From Mobula hypostoma (lineage: Eukaryota), in the NCBI RefSeq assembly GCF_963921235.1, contig NC_086108.1, forward strand, positions 21,762,001 to 21,826,000: a DNA stretch of 64,000 nucleotides. The letters run 5' to 3'. The translations under genes and the position numbers were made by a program. How positions within the stretch are numbered: position 1 is the stretch's first letter; every line of letters starts with the position of its first letter. Under the pieces are notes generated by a model. That model was not told the DNA's origin. It searched no databases and saw nothing but the letters and a program-made list of their open reading frames with translations. Shown here piece after piece: positions 63,000-64,000 of the stretch.

Positions 63000-64000
63000 G
63001 ATGATGTGTGCTGTGCTGTTTTGTTGCTGCAGTACCGCGTAAAGAGGTAAAATTACTATAAATTACAAAAGTGTAAAAGAAGGTGTACATGAACCTTTCA
63101 GAAATCTGGTGGAGGGGAAGAAGCTGTGTTTAAAACATTGAGTGTGGGTCTTCAAGTTTCTGTACTTCCTCGCTGATGGTAATACTGCAAGAAGGTATGT
63201 CCCAGATGGCGAGGGTCTTTAATGATGGATTCTGCTGCCTTGAACCACTGACCCTAAAGCTGTCTTGCGCCACTCTGTGTATTGGAGGCTGTGTACAAGG
63301 CTGTAGTAATGCTAGTCAGTTTACTCTCTCCCATATACAGGTCGACCTTCACTAATCTGGCAACCATTAGGACCTGAGGAGTGCCGGATTAGTGAAAATG
63401 CCGAATTACAGAAGGATCACATTAAGCATAATCAGTGCCGGATTTTCAAAGGAACAAGATTACAGGTAGTTAGATTAGTGAAGGTCGACCTGTATCTGGA
63501 AGAATTGGCAAGAGTCTTTGGTGACGTAATAAATCTTGTCAGATTCCTAATGAAGTATAGCCACTAGTACGCCTTCTTCATGATTGCATTAATATATTGG
63601 GCCCAGGATATATCTTCCGAGATGTTCATGACCAGGAATTTGAAGCTGCTCACCCTTCCCACCACTGAACCCTTAATGACTGAAAGTTTCTTGATTTTCC
63701 TGTCATGAGTTCCACAATCAATTCCTTGCTCTTGATGACTTTGAGTGAGGTTGTTGATCTTTTCAAATGATCTGTCTCACTTCTGTACACTACCTCATTG
63801 CCAACTGAGATTCTGGCAACAACAGTGGTGTTATTGGTGAATTTATCATTGGTGTTTCATCAGTGCTTAGCCACACAGTCATGAGTGTAGAGACGTTTCC
63901 TGTGTTGATTGTCATTAAGGAGGAGATGTTGTTACTGATCGGCACTGATTGCGGTTTCCTGATAAGGAAGTCGAGAATCCAGTTACAGTGGCCTGGGTTT
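63000..64000 (-). mobile_element. Rex1 LINE fragment running off the window end
   Basis: Collinear with 55385-56300 (ccaggaatttgaagctgctcacc.., aggaagtcgagaatccagtt). Confidence 0.75.
63338..63492. mobile_element. 155-bp Tc1/mariner-superfamily (Tigger-like) MITE
   Basis: Perfect 21-bp TIRs CAGGTCGACCTTCACTAATCT; TA TSDs. Confidence 0.9.

Overview
Eukaryotic, repeat-dominated vertebrate DNA. The repeat set (CR1, Rex1/Babar, Penelope, V-SINE/HE1-like, DeuSINE, Tc1, Tigger) suggests a cartilaginous fish, probably a ray; this taxon call is inference. The only host exon I recognise is the first coding exon of a RASAL2/DAB2IP-family RasGAP (46905-47037, +), in a CpG-rich region. Sequence downstream is apparently intron 1; sequence upstream appears intergenic. 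Highlights: (1) A Mag-type Gypsy LTR element (32984-38668, -) has its RT/RNaseH/integrase core replaced by an apparently intronless piece of SH3KBP1/CIN85, including the C-terminal coiled coil, fused in frame to gag-protease. It also hosts a nested PNMA-like Gypsy remnant and a Tigger. (2) Several short Penelope-derived fold-back insertions have 10-13 bp TSDs and carry minimal hammerhead ribozyme motifs; one has an intact motif on each strand. (3) A mini sushi/Tf1-type LTR element shows a self-priming signature. (4) A ~2.3 kb 35-37 bp minisatellite, which is not a CRISPR array. All family assignments come from motif recognition by eye, not database searches.
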